Source: Nanobdellota archaeon
Lineage (GTDB): Archaea > Nanobdellota > Nanobdellia > Woesearchaeales > GW2011-AR4
Assembly (NCBI GenBank): GCA_038046385.1
Contig: JBBSWH010000004.1
Location: 1 to 64,000, forward strand
Reading direction: 5' to 3'
DNA length: 64,000 nucleotides
Positions 10,303 to 19,829 of this stretch are shown here, in pieces. Made by a program: the position numbers and the translations under genes. Every line of letters begins with the position of its first letter. The first letter of the stretch is position 1. The notes beneath the pieces were generated by a model that was given only the letters and a program-made list of their open reading frames with translations, did no database searches and was not told the DNA's origin.

Positions 10303-11460
10303 TTATTTTTCTTTGCCCTTTGTCTGCTGCTTTACTGCCAGTGTCGGAAGCCCTGTTCCAATCGGAACCGGCTGGTTAATCATTACGTTCTCGACAACCG
10401 AGTTCAAATTATCAGTTTCTCCGACAAGAGCTGCATTTATTATGTGCTTGATTGGAGTTTCGAAAGATGCCCTTGCAAGGACGCTGGATTTCTCCGAGAC
10501 AACGCCGTATCTTGTTATCCCTTTAAGTGTTCCGCTGATGCACATTGTGTCAGCGACAAGCATAATATGCCTTAAGTCTACATTCAGCCCCTGGCTTTCT
10601 ATGACTTTGGATATTTCATTTATTATTGCCTGCCTTGCAGCTTCTATTCCCAAAACCTGCTCAATTTCGAATACGTTGTTTGTTGTTGTCCTGTAAGCAT
10701 CAACTTCTTCAAGCTGCAGAATATCTGCAAGATTTGTGCCGGATGTTATGATTATAAATTCCTCTTCTCTCTTTACAGGAAGAACCTGCATGATTCCCTT
10801 GATTCCTTTTATTGTAATTTCTTTTACTTTTTCCTTTGTCTTGTACGCATCGTTGAAAGTGTCTTCTTTGCTTCTTGCCTTCAGGATTACTGTGTCTTTG
10901 TTGTCTCTTATGTTGTATCCCTTAAGCTGCTTTGAGATTGCATCAACAACCTTCCCCGTTGTGACTTCAATCACTTTCATCTTGTCCTTGTCAAGCTTTA
11001 TCTCGATTGTCAAATCCGCGATGTTGATTGTGAATTCTGTTGAAATGTCCTTTAGTGTTGTTTCCTTTATCTGCATTGCAAGCTGCTTCAAATCTTCAAT
11101 ATTCTTTCCGCTTGAATAATGCTTCTTGAGGTAAATCTCCATCATTGAATTTGCAAGCTCTTTTCTTCCATCAAGAATTTCAATTATTCTAGGAAGTCCA
11201 AGTGTGACGTTCATCTCCGCAACTCCTGCGAAGTGGAATGTGTTCAATGTCATCTGCGTTCCCGGCTCGCCGATTGATTCTGCTGAGATTAATCCGACTG
11301 ATTCTCCAGGATGAACGCGTGCTGTCATGTACTCTTTGTGTATTGCTTCAAGTATTTTCTTGATTTTTGTATCGCTTGCGCCCTTAGGCATATTCTCTTT
11401 TATTTCCTCAATTATTTTAGGAGGAAGCTTGCCTTCGTATTCTGATATTAGGTCTGCCAT
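10303..11460 (-). CDS. rpoA2: RNA polymerase subunit A'' (Rpo1C); start 11460
   Basis: [33 protein letters not shown]. Confidence 0.97.
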   Translation of the reverse strand: MADLISEYEGKLPPKIIEEIKENMPKGASDTKIKKILEAIHKEYMTARVHPGESVGLISAESIGEPGTQMTLNTFHFAGVAEMNVTLGLPRIIEILDGRKELANSMMEIYLKKHYSSGKNIEDLKQLAMQIKETTLKDISTEFTINIADLTIEIKLDKDKMKVIEVTTGKVVDAISKQLKGYNIRDNKDTVILKARSKEDTFNDAYKTKEKVKEITIKGIKGIMQVLPVKREEEFIIITSGTNLADILQLEEVDAYRTTTNNVFEIEQVLGIEAARQAIINEISKVIESQGLNVDLRHIMLVADTMCISGTLKGITRYGVVSEKSSVLARASFETPIKHIINAALVGETDNLNSVVENVMINQPVPIGTGLPTLAVKQQTKGKEK

Positions 11461-11461
11461 T

Positions 11462-13264
11462 TTAGTACTTGCTCTCCAGCTGCAGTTTAGGATAAATTCC
11501 CAATGACTTGAACTCGTCAAGCATCAGCTTAAATGCATAGCTTATCTCAATATCATTAACCTCTGTGTTTTCTCCGCAAACAGGGCAGTAAGACCTATTC
11601 TTGTAGTTGTCCTTGATTGCAATTATTCCGCATGACTCGCAAACCGGAACGATTGTCCTGTCTGAGTCAAATCTTTCCTTCAGCAATAATGATGCTCCGT
11701 GCGCTACGAAAGTGTCTTTCTCCATCTCTCCCAGCCTTAATCCCCCTTCTTTTGCGCGCCCTTCTGTAGGCTGCCTTGTAAGCAATTGGATTGGACCGCG
11801 TGCTCTTGAGTGGATTTTGTTTGCAACCATGTGCTTTAATTTTAAGTAGTACATATTTCCAACGAAGATTTTTGCAGTGTACTGCTCCCCGGTCTGTCCG
11901 TTGTAGAAAACTTCCATTCCGCTTTCCTCAAATCCAAGCGAAAGCAGTTCTTTCCTCAGCCTTTCTTCCGGCTCTGCGTCGAATGTTGTCCCATTGACAT
12001 ATCTTCCTGCCAATGCGCCGACTTTTCCTGCAACCATCTCTATCAGGTGCGCAATCGTCATTCTTGATGGTATTCCGTGAGGTGAGAATATCAAATCTGG
12101 AACTATCCCCTTTGATGAAAATGGCATGTCGCTCTGAGGAACAATTAATCCAACAATTCCTTTTTGTCCGTGCCTTGATGTGAATTTATCTCCTGTTTCT
12201 GGAACTCTCTCGTCTCTCAGTCTTACCTGAATCAGCTTGTTTCCTTCCTCGTTTTCTGTGAGCAAAACAAAGTCAACAACCCCTTCCTCGCCGTGTTTTA
12301 AATTGATTGACGATTCTCTCCTTGTGCTTGATGCAAGTGAGTATTCTTCCATTGATGATAAGAATCTTGGCGGCGACGTCTTTCCGATTACAACATCCCC
12401 TTCCTTGACTTTTGCTTCAGGATAAATTATTCCGTCATCTTCCAAGAATCTGTAATCTTTTTCTGTTTTATATCCTTTGACGTCTTTGTCAGGAATCCCC
12501 ACCTGATCAATTAATCCGCCGGCGTATCTCAATTCTTCTGCAATTGCAGGCCTGAAATATGTTGATCTTCCGAATCCTCTTTCTATGGATCCGTTGTTTA
12601 GTATGATTGCGTCTTCCATGTTATATCCTTTATAGCTCATGATTGCAACAACAATGTTTTGTCCCGCAGGATGCTTGTCGTAGTCTGAAATATCGTGCAT
12701 GATTGTGTTGACAATCGGCTTTTGCGCATATTGGAGCAGGTTTACATCCATGTCCATTCTTACAGAAAAGTTTGCTGCATAAAATCCAAGAGCCTGCTTC
12801 TGGTTCTTTGCCCCTGCGTTTAATCTCGTTGATTGGTTGAAATTTCCGTAAGGAACAAGTGATGAGCAGTGGCCCAGCATTGCAAGCGGCGTTATCTCAA
12901 GATGAGTATGGTCTGGTGTTAATTCATTTTCAAAGAATGCAACAAGCACATTTTCTTCTTCTGCTGAATCAAGATGTTCAATTACTCCCTGTTTGACTAA
13001 ATCTGACCAAGATATTTCGTTCTTCTCAAGCTGCTTCATATGCTTTTCTGTAAGCAGCGGAACTCCGTCTTTCACAATTATCAATGGCCTTCTTGCCCTG
13101 CCTTTTGAGGATTCAATCTGAACTTCATTCAGCTTGTCATTGTAATAAACATTGACTGTCTCTGCAACAATTCCTTTTCTTCTTTCTTCTTTTATTTTCT
13201 GAGAGAATTCTATAGGATTGTCTATTGTTCCGACGAATTTGCTGTTTAAGTAGACTTCTGCCAT
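11462..13264 (-). CDS. rpoB1: RNA polymerase subunit B' (Rpo2C)
   Basis: [23 protein letters not shown]. Confidence 0.97.
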   Translation of the reverse strand: MAEVYLNSKFVGTIDNPIEFSQKIKEERRKGIVAETVNVYYNDKLNEVQIESSKGRARRPLIIVKDGVPLLTEKHMKQLEKNEISWSDLVKQGVIEHLDSAEEENVLVAFFENELTPDHTHLEITPLAMLGHCSSLVPYGNFNQSTRLNAGAKNQKQALGFYAANFSVRMDMDVNLLQYAQKPIVNTIMHDISDYDKHPAGQNIVVAIMSYKGYNMEDAIILNNGSIERGFGRSTYFRPAIAEELRYAGGLIDQVGIPDKDVKGYKTEKDYRFLEDDGIIYPEAKVKEGDVVIGKTSPPRFLSSMEEYSLASSTRRESSINLKHGEEGVVDFVLLTENEEGNKLIQVRLRDERVPETGDKFTSRHGQKGIVGLIVPQSDMPFSSKGIVPDLIFSPHGIPSRMTIAHLIEMVAGKVGALAGRYVNGTTFDAEPEERLRKELLSLGFEESGMEVFYNGQTGEQYTAKIFVGNMYYLKLKHMVANKIHSRARGPIQLLTRQPTEGRAKEGGLRLGEMEKDTFVAHGASLLLKERFDSDRTIVPVCESCGIIAIKDNYKNRSYCPVCGENTEVNDIEISYAFKLMLDEFKSLGIYPKLQLESKY

Positions 13265-13265
13265 T

Positions 13266-14756
13266 TTATTTTACCGCCTTCAGGCCAAGAGCCTTCATTG
13301 ACTTCAAAACATCTTCTTCGTTAGTGCTTCCTGATATTGTGCACAGCAATGCAAGGTTTTTTCTCAATCCGATGTTTGTTCCTTCTGGAGTTTCAATAGG
13401 GCATAATCTTCCAAGGTGCGTCGGGTGAAGCTCTCTTGCCTCAAAATTCTCCTGTGATGCGCTCAGTGGAGAAACAACCCTCTGCAAATGGGATATTGTT
13501 TCAAGATAATTCAGTCTCTGTATCCTCTGGCTGATTCCCTTTCTTCCGCCGACCCATACTCCTGTGGCCATTGAAGAATAAATTCTCTGGGTAAGAAGCT
13601 TGTCCCTTATGATTACTTTTATTGAAGGGAATTTTCCCCTCTTAACGATTCTCTGGAAATTATAAAGCAAGTCTCCGATAAGAACTTTTAAGTTTAATCT
13701 CAGAAGGTCTGCAAGCAGGTCGCCGCTCATCTTAAGCCTTTTATTCATGTAATGGTCTTTGTCATCTGTTCCGATTTCCCCGTTTGAAGCGAGGAGATAT
13801 TTCTTGAGCATCTTGCACAGGTTGTGCGCTTTGGAAAGCCTGTCTTCTGTCCTTATTCCTATATGCGGCAAAAGATATTTGTCAATTATTTCCTTTGTCC
13901 TTTCTATCCTTATCTCTTTTGACTGGGTGATGCCTATTTTCTTTGCAATGTAGTCAAGAGCATCTTCTTCTGTCTTGATTGAAACGAACTCCATAAGGTT
14001 AATTATGACCTCGTCAAACTGCCTGTCTGAAGAAATGAATTTTGTGATTTCCTCGTCTTTAAGAAGGCCAAGCGCCTTAATCACCGGGATAATCGGAATT
14101 CTTTTTACTCTTGTAAATGTCAGATAAAACAATCCGTCTTTCATCTTTTCAACAGTATGCGGAATCTTGAATGATCCGTACTCGGAAAAAAGTTTTCCGA
14201 CAGTATGGCTCGGGCCTGTTGTGTCTTTTTCTATCAGGAACCTGTTTGATGCAAGATCCTCTATTGTAATTATGACTTTTTCTGTCCCGTTGATTATGAA
14301 ATATCCTCCTGGCTCGTCAGGGTCTTCTCCTTTTGCAATCAGCTCGTCCCTATTCAGCTTATGCAGATGGCACCACTTGCTCTTCAGCATTATCGGAAGG
14401 TTTCCAATTTGCGTGTCAAATGATTCTCTCTGGACGCCGTTGATGTGCGCAGAAACAGTTATCCATGTCGGAGCAGAATATGTTATTTTTCTTAATCTTG
14501 CTTCCATCGGGTAAATATTTCTTGATGATCCGTCTGCTTCTATCATCTTTGGCTTTTCTACCCAGATTTTGTCAAGCTTGATTTTAAACTCGTCAATGTT
14601 ATGCGGGATTATTGTAGGAATAATCTCCCTGTTCTCCTCTATTATAACAAAAAGCTCCTTGTCTATGAAATTGTTGAAAGAATCTATGTCTGAATCTACG
14701 GAACTCTGCTCCTCAAAATATTTTTGGATAAGTGTCTTGCCGTATTTATACATCAA
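13266..14756 (-). CDS. rpoB2: RNA polymerase subunit B'' (Rpo2N)
   Basis: PGGYFIINGTEKV, LCPIETPEGTNIGL. Confidence 0.97.
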   Translation of the reverse strand: MMYKYGKTLIQKYFEEQSSVDSDIDSFNNFIDKELFVIIEENREIIPTIIPHNIDEFKIKLDKIWVEKPKMIEADGSSRNIYPMEARLRKITYSAPTWITVSAHINGVQRESFDTQIGNLPIMLKSKWCHLHKLNRDELIAKGEDPDEPGGYFIINGTEKVIITIEDLASNRFLIEKDTTGPSHTVGKLFSEYGSFKIPHTVEKMKDGLFYLTFTRVKRIPIIPVIKALGLLKDEEITKFISSDRQFDEVIINLMEFVSIKTEEDALDYIAKKIGITQSKEIRIERTKEIIDKYLLPHIGIRTEDRLSKAHNLCKMLKKYLLASNGEIGTDDKDHYMNKRLKMSGDLLADLLRLNLKVLIGDLLYNFQRIVKRGKFPSIKVIIRDKLLTQRIYSSMATGVWVGGRKGISQRIQRLNYLETISHLQRVVSPLSASQENFEARELHPTHLGRLCPIETPEGTNIGLRKNLALLCTISGSTNEEDVLKSMKALGLKAVK

Positions 14757-14991
14757 TTACCACCCTGTAAAAAATTGATTCCCCTGCTGTCGGGCTTTTT
14801 CTCGTTATTTTTATGACATCTCCTGGTTTTGTATCGAGATCTTTTATTGCGGAATCTGTCTTGAACATTTTTGGCATTTCCTTAGAAGTTACATGATACT
14901 TTTCAAATAGGTTTGATTTTTCCTTCTCGCTCAATTTAGAGTGCTTAGGAGTCAGAGTGTGCTTGTCAACCTTAAATTTTACTTTCTTCAT
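14746..14991 (-). CDS. rpoH: RNA polymerase subunit H (Rpo5)
   Basis: HTLTPKHSKL, GDVIKITRKSPTAG. Confidence 0.95.
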   Translation of the reverse strand: MKKVKFKVDKHTLTPKHSKLSEKEKSNLFEKYHVTSKEMPKMFKTDSAIKDLDTKPGDVIKITRKSPTAGESIFYRVVIDV

Positions 14992-15056
14992 GTTACAGTA
15001 TCAATTATGCGCTGTATGGAAAATCTTCCCAACGTTTTTTTGTCTTTGATTGTAAG

Positions 15057-15189
15057 TGGGCCGGACGAGATTCGGACTCGCGACCACCTGATTAAAAGTT
15101 TCACCCTGGCCTTTTGCAAGGCTCCTATGACAGGTGCTCTATTGCCCGATTGCAATGAATCGGCAACCACCAGGCTGAGCTACCGGCCC
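15057..15189 (-). tRNA. tRNA-Lys(UUU) with two non-canonical introns (D-loop 19/20, 28 nt, 15142-15169; anticodon stem 30/31, 31 nt, 15100-15130)
   Basis: Removing both introns gives a 74-nt cloverleaf GGGCCGG..GCTCAGCCTGGTAGAGC..CCTGA-CTTTTAA-TCAGG..CCGGCCC-A; BHB helices GCCT/GGGC and CACC/GGTG. Confidence 0.9.
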
Positions 15190-15199
15190 ATGATTAGTA

Positions 15200-15305
15200 C
15201 GCCCTGGTCGGGACTTTCATTCCACGAACGTTAATTCGCAGTTCTTTTGAACCCGAATCGAAGCCGCGACAGGGCTTCATGATAGCCGGATTACACTACC
15301 AGGGC
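15200..15305 (-). tRNA. tRNA-Asp(GUC) with a 32-nt T-loop intron (59/60; 15214-15245)
   Basis: GCCCTGG acceptor, AAGCC-CTGTCGC-GGCTT; BHB TTCA/TGAA splicing restores TTCAAAT. Confidence 0.9.
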
Positions 15306-15549
15306 ATGAAGCGGCTCTGGAAAATAGGAATCCACCAATAGATAAAACAATGACGAAATCATAGTCTTTTGTCTAAAGAAGGATTAATTCCCATCTGCTC
15401 TGGGATTACAAGGTTATTTATAAAGGTTGCGGTGGACATATAACAATATTAGTGACACAGGAAAACAGGCTAAATTGCCTTATTTATAGTATATTAATAC
15501 TAAGTTTTGGGTTGAATATGGAAAAGTGCCATAATTTGTTGAAAATAAC

Positions 15550-15712
15550 AGTTTTGCCATCACTATGTGAGCATTTTCTACAATAACATTTAACAAGAAG
15601 GAAATATTCAAAAATGGACATTTTTGAATTTCGAAAATCCTATGGATTTTCTCTATGCAATGGGAATTCTTGTAATTCACTAAACTCATTCGATGCGAAC
15701 GATGGCAAAACT
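15550..15712 (+). repeat. 163-bp structured element, copy B (12-bp terminal inverted repeat AGTTTTGCCATC)
   Basis: Homologous to 6741-6904; strand uncertain. Confidence 0.85.
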
Positions 15713-15787
15713 AAACTTTAAGCTATATTTTCAACAAACTTGACTTTGTCAGATACCTTTAAATACCAAAATAAAATTCTTTTTCTC

Positions 15788-15898
15788 ATGAAGAGAAGTT
15801 CTCGCCGTTGGAAAAAGAAAAGGCAGATGAGATGGAAATGGCAGCGAAAAAGGATGAAGAAAGAGAGAAGGCTGCGTAAACAACACAGGACCGGCTAA
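15788..15898 (+). CDS. rpl41e: Ribosomal protein L41e-like (36 aa)
   Basis: MKRSSRRWKKKRQMRWKWQRKRMKK (MRxKW signature); TTTAAATA upstream; below the ORF-track length cutoff. Confidence 0.8.
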   Translation: MKRSSRRWKKKRQMRWKWQRKRMKKERRLRKQHRTG

Positions 15899-15937
15899 AC
15901 TTATATTTAGAATTATCAATATAATAGGGTGGTTTAA

Positions 15938-17290
15938 ATGTCAATGATGAACGATATTTCAAAGACTGACCCCGAAATATATGGGCTTCTAAAGAAAGAG
16001 CTTAATAGGCAACAAACCGGCCTTGAGATGATACCTTCTGAAAACAACGTCTCAAAAGCAGTTATGCAGGCAATGGGCTCTGTATTGACAAACAAGTACT
16101 CTGAAGGCTACCCTAAAAAGAGGTATTACGGCGGAAACCAATTCGCTGATGAAGTTGAAATTCTCGCAATAGAAAGATGCAAAAAAATTTTCAATGCTGT
16201 TCACGTCAATGTTCAGCCATATTCCGGAAGCCCGGCAAATTTTGCAGTGTACATGGCATTAATGCAGCCAGGGGAATGTGTAATGGGATTGAATTTATCT
16301 GACGGAGGCCATTTAACGCACGGATTCAAGGCGTCTACAACAGGCCAGATTTTCAAAAGTGTTCCATATCATGTAAAGCCAGACGGATACATCGATTTGG
16401 AAGAAGTTGAAAGGCTTGCCATCGAGAATAAGCCAAAATTAATCTGGGTCGGATACACAGCATATACGAGAGAATTTCCGTTTGAAGAAATTTCAAGAAT
16501 AGCAGACAAAGTAGGCGCATATCTTGCAGCAGACATTGCGCATATTTCCGGATTGGTTGCAGCAGGAATTCACAAAAGCCCGTCGCCATTTGCCCACATT
16601 ATAACAACTACAACTCACAAGACTTTTAGAGGCCCTCGCGGAGGAATTATAATGGTTACCCAGAAAGGTCTAGACAAGGATCCTGAGCTTTCTGCAAAAA
16701 TAGACAAAGCGGTTTTCCCTGGACTTCAAGGGGGCCCTCACGATCATACAACTGCAGCAATCGCTGTTGCACTGAAAGAAATGATGCAGCCAGAATTCAA
16801 AGTATATGCAGAGCAGATTATAAAAAACTCAAGAGCATTGGCAAAATCATTGATGGCAAACGGAATGAAAGTTGTAACAAACGGATCTGATAACCATATG
16901 GTTCTTATTGATTTGACCCCATTCGGAAAAGGAAAGGGTGTTTTTGCACAGGATGCGCTTGATGAAGCTAATATTACAATGAACAAAAACACAATTCCTG
17001 CTGATCCCTCGTCTCCATTTTATCCAAGCGGAGTTCGTATGGGAACTCCTTCATTGACAACTCGCGGTATGAAGGAAAAAGAGATGGAGCTTATTGGAAA
17101 ATGGATTGTAGATGTTGTAAAAGAGATTGGAAAATATGAACTGCCTGCAGACAAGAAAGAAATTAATGACTATCTTAAAAAATTCAGGGAAGAAATCAAA
17201 AGCAATAATAAAATTCATCAGATAAGGAATGAAGTCATAGAACTTTGCAGTAAGTTTCCGTTGTATCCGGGATTTGATGTTTTGAAATAG
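15938..17290 (+). CDS. glyA: Serine hydroxymethyltransferase
   Basis: NKYSEGYPKKRYYGG, TTTTHKTFRGPRGG. Confidence 0.97.
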   Translation: MSMMNDISKTDPEIYGLLKKELNRQQTGLEMIPSENNVSKAVMQAMGSVLTNKYSEGYPKKRYYGGNQFADEVEILAIERCKKIFNAVHVNVQPYSGSPANFAVYMALMQPGECVMGLNLSDGGHLTHGFKASTTGQIFKSVPYHVKPDGYIDLEEVERLAIENKPKLIWVGYTAYTREFPFEEISRIADKVGAYLAADIAHISGLVAAGIHKSPSPFAHIITTTTHKTFRGPRGGIIMVTQKGLDKDPELSAKIDKAVFPGLQGGPHDHTTAAIAVALKEMMQPEFKVYAEQIIKNSRALAKSLMANGMKVVTNGSDNHMVLIDLTPFGKGKGVFAQDALDEANITMNKNTIPADPSSPFYPSGVRMGTPSLTTRGMKEKEMELIGKWIVDVVKEIGKYELPADKKEINDYLKKFREEIKSNNKIHQIRNEVIELCSKFPLYPGFDVLK

Positions 17291-17371
17291 ACTTTTACGG
17301 ATATTCTCGAAAACTTATTGTTACTACAAAATAAGCAATATTTATATAACTATTTCTATTACCCCATACCT

Positions 17372-17803
17372 ATGACTCTGCCAGAAGTTGTTAACGCTAA
17401 AGCTGTAAAAGAATGGGTTGTTGTTGATTATCAAGATGGCTCAAAACTTTTTATTAAAGGGCTCCAGCCACCTGGTCCGCTTACAAGAATAGATGATGTA
17501 GCTTTGTTGAGTCTTTATCAAAATGATGGTTTGGCTGCATTTGTTGTTAATCAGCCATCCAAAGATGCACGTCCTGAGGATAGGGGATTTCAGTCTGTTG
17601 GAGCAGTAAGCCAACAGCAGTTTGCTGAATACTTGGGTGCTGCTTTAAAATATTTTGAGAGCGTATCTGAAACAGGCAATCCAATATACGGAATGTTAGC
17701 CGGTTATGGTCAAAAGCCAAAAGAAGAGTTGTCAAAAGGAGCTTACAAGCCATTTGAAAGAAGCACTCCGTTCTTTGCAAGGTTAGAAGACGCAAGGCTC
17801 TAA
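17372..17803 (+). CDS. Hypothetical protein
   Basis: ORF; TTTATATA upstream of ATG 17372. Confidence 0.6.
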   Translation: MTLPEVVNAKAVKEWVVVDYQDGSKLFIKGLQPPGPLTRIDDVALLSLYQNDGLAAFVVNQPSKDARPEDRGFQSVGAVSQQQFAEYLGAALKYFESVSETGNPIYGMLAGYGQKPKEELSKGAYKPFERSTPFFARLEDARL

Positions 17804-17847
17804 AAAAGCAGATACTTTTAAATACAAAATATCAATATTCTTTTACT

Positions 17848-18684
17848 ATGCCAGCAAAAATAATAGACGGCAACAAAATCGCAAAAAGCATTCTAGATAA
17901 TATAAAAAATAAAGTTAAGGTTATGAAGGAAAAGCCCGGCCTTGCTTTGGTTATGGTCGGCAGCAACCCTGCTTCTGAAGTCTATGTTAATTTCAAGGAA
18001 AAAGACGCAAAAAAAACTGGTGTGTATTGCGAACGTTACAATCTTGAAGAGAAAACAACTCAAAATGATTTGCTCACGCTTCTTAACAAACTAAACAACA
18101 ATCCAAAAATACACGGATTGCTTGTCCAGCTGCCGTTGCCAAAACAAATTGACGAAAAAGTTGTAACAGATTCTATTCTTCCGCAAAAAGATGTTGATGG
18201 TTTCACAACAGTAAACCTTGGAAGCTTGATGGCTGATAAAACAATCATAGCTCCTGCAACTGCAGTTGCAGTTATTCATCTTATTGAATCAACCGGGATA
18301 AAGATTGAAGGAAAGAACGCAGTTGTCATCGGAAGAAGCAACATTGTCGGAAAGCCTGTTGCATTGATGCTGATTGAAAAAAACGCAACAGTCACAGTAT
18401 GCCATTCAAGGACAAAAAACATTTCCGATTACACAAAAAAAGCAGATATTCTTGTTGTTGCCGTTGGAAAGCCGAATCTGATAACAAAAGAAATGGTAAA
18501 AGAGGGCGCTGTTGTGATTGATGTCGGCATCAACAGAGTCAACGGAAAGCTTGTAGGCGACGTTGACTTTGAAAATGTAAAAAATGTTGCCGGCTTCATA
18601 ACCCCGGTGCCAGGCGGCGTTGGCCCGATGACGCGCGCGATGCTGATGCAGAACACGCTGAAAGCGATGGAAATGAATAAATAA
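17848..18684 (+). CDS. folD: Methylene-THF dehydrogenase/cyclohydrolase
   Basis: LVQLPLP, KDVDG, GRSNIVGKP, TPVPGGVGPMT. Confidence 0.97.
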   Translation: MPAKIIDGNKIAKSILDNIKNKVKVMKEKPGLALVMVGSNPASEVYVNFKEKDAKKTGVYCERYNLEEKTTQNDLLTLLNKLNNNPKIHGLLVQLPLPKQIDEKVVTDSILPQKDVDGFTTVNLGSLMADKTIIAPATAVAVIHLIESTGIKIEGKNAVVIGRSNIVGKPVALMLIEKNATVTVCHSRTKNISDYTKKADILVVAVGKPNLITKEMVKEGAVVIDVGINRVNGKLVGDVDFENVKNVAGFITPVPGGVGPMTRAMLMQNTLKAMEMNK

Positions 18685-18751
18685 TTTTTCTGAATAATAA
18701 GTTCGATAGTTTTAAATACCTAGTTTCTTACCTTTTCATAGGGGGGATTTA

Positions 18752-19360
18752 ATGCTTCGTTTGGGTATTTTAGCGTCGACAAATGCGACAGATATGCAGG
18801 CTGTAATTGATGCTATAGAATCAAAGCGATTAAATGCCGTTATTTCTGTTGTTGTAAGCAACAAAAAAGATGCTTATGCTCTTGAAAGGGCAAAAAAACA
18901 CAATATCAAATCTGTTTTCGTTGAATCAAAAGGCAAAGAACGAGAACACTATGACAGGGAAGTTGCAAATGTGCTTAATGAAAACAATGTTGAATTAATT
19001 CTTTTGATTGGCTACATGAGAATCTTGAGCCCGTTCTTCGTAAGAAAGTACAAAAACAAAATCATGAACATACATCCAAGCCTTCTTCCGGCATTCGCAG
19101 GCGGAATGGACAAAAATGTGCATGAGGAAGTTTTAAAAGCAAATGTGGAAATAACAGGCTGCACGCTCCATTTTGTGGATGAAAGCGTTGACGGCGGCCC
19201 AATAATAATGCAGAAAGAAGTCAAAATAGAAAAAGGCGAAACTGTTGAATCATTGAAAAACAAAGTTCAAAATGCAGAGCAGGAGATAATAGTTAAAGCA
19301 GTTGATTTATACAGCAAAGGAAAAATAAAAATTCATGATAACAAGGTGTCAATAGCTTGA
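18752..19360 (+). CDS. purN: Phosphoribosylglycinamide formyltransferase
   Basis: MNIHPSLLP, GCTLHFVDESVDGGPII. Confidence 0.95.
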   Translation: MLRLGILASTNATDMQAVIDAIESKRLNAVISVVVSNKKDAYALERAKKHNIKSVFVESKGKEREHYDREVANVLNENNVELILLIGYMRILSPFFVRKYKNKIMNIHPSLLPAFAGGMDKNVHEEVLKANVEITGCTLHFVDESVDGGPIIMQKEVKIEKGETVESLKNKVQNAEQEIIVKAVDLYSKGKIKIHDNKVSIA

Positions 19361-19821
19361 GAGTAAGAAGATTCATCAAAAACGTAAGGTCTTTGAACAA
19401 AAAGCCGAGAAACATAGACACGCCAATAATCTGGTGGAAAGATATTAATCTTTTCATAGGAATCTTTCTTATCTTAGCCAGCTTAGTAATCGGATTTTAC
19501 GGAAAAGGGCTCATTGGAATTTTTTTTTCGGATTTGCTATCTAAGCTGTACAGCCCATTCTATCTTTTCACCGGGCTGTCGGTTTATGGAGCCAGCTGGA
19601 TTGTAATGTTTATAGGTATCTCGATTGTAGGGTGGGAAACTGCAAGAATCATCCAGTACAAGATAAGGCACAAAGTTAAAAAGACAGTTAAAAAAACCTA
19701 CAAGCATGCAAAGAATATACACAAAAAAAGCGGTGATTATGCAAAAAGACTGCACAATTCAAACATTGATAAGATAGCTAAAATGTCAAAAAAAGAATAT
19801 GACTCAATAAACATAAAATAA
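19357..19821 (+). CDS. Hypothetical membrane protein
   Basis: Two hydrophobic segments; fills the gap between purN and purH. Confidence 0.6.
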   Translation: MRVRRFIKNVRSLNKKPRNIDTPIIWWKDINLFIGIFLILASLVIGFYGKGLIGIFFSDLLSKLYSPFYLFTGLSVYGASWIVMFIGISIVGWETARIIQYKIRHKVKKTVKKTYKHAKNIHKKSGDYAKRLHNSNIDKIAKMSKKEYDSINIK

Positions 19822-19829
19822 AAAACCAA

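Noticed and set aside
7857-14778. Numerous antisense ORFs over the RNAP genes and other conserved genes
   Set aside because: They are Ser/Phe/Ile-rich reverse-frame shadows with no recognisable motifs
14988-15234. ORFs 14988-15170 (-) and 14941-15234 (+)
   Set aside because: They overlap tRNA-Lys, tRNA-Asp or rpoH and are spurious
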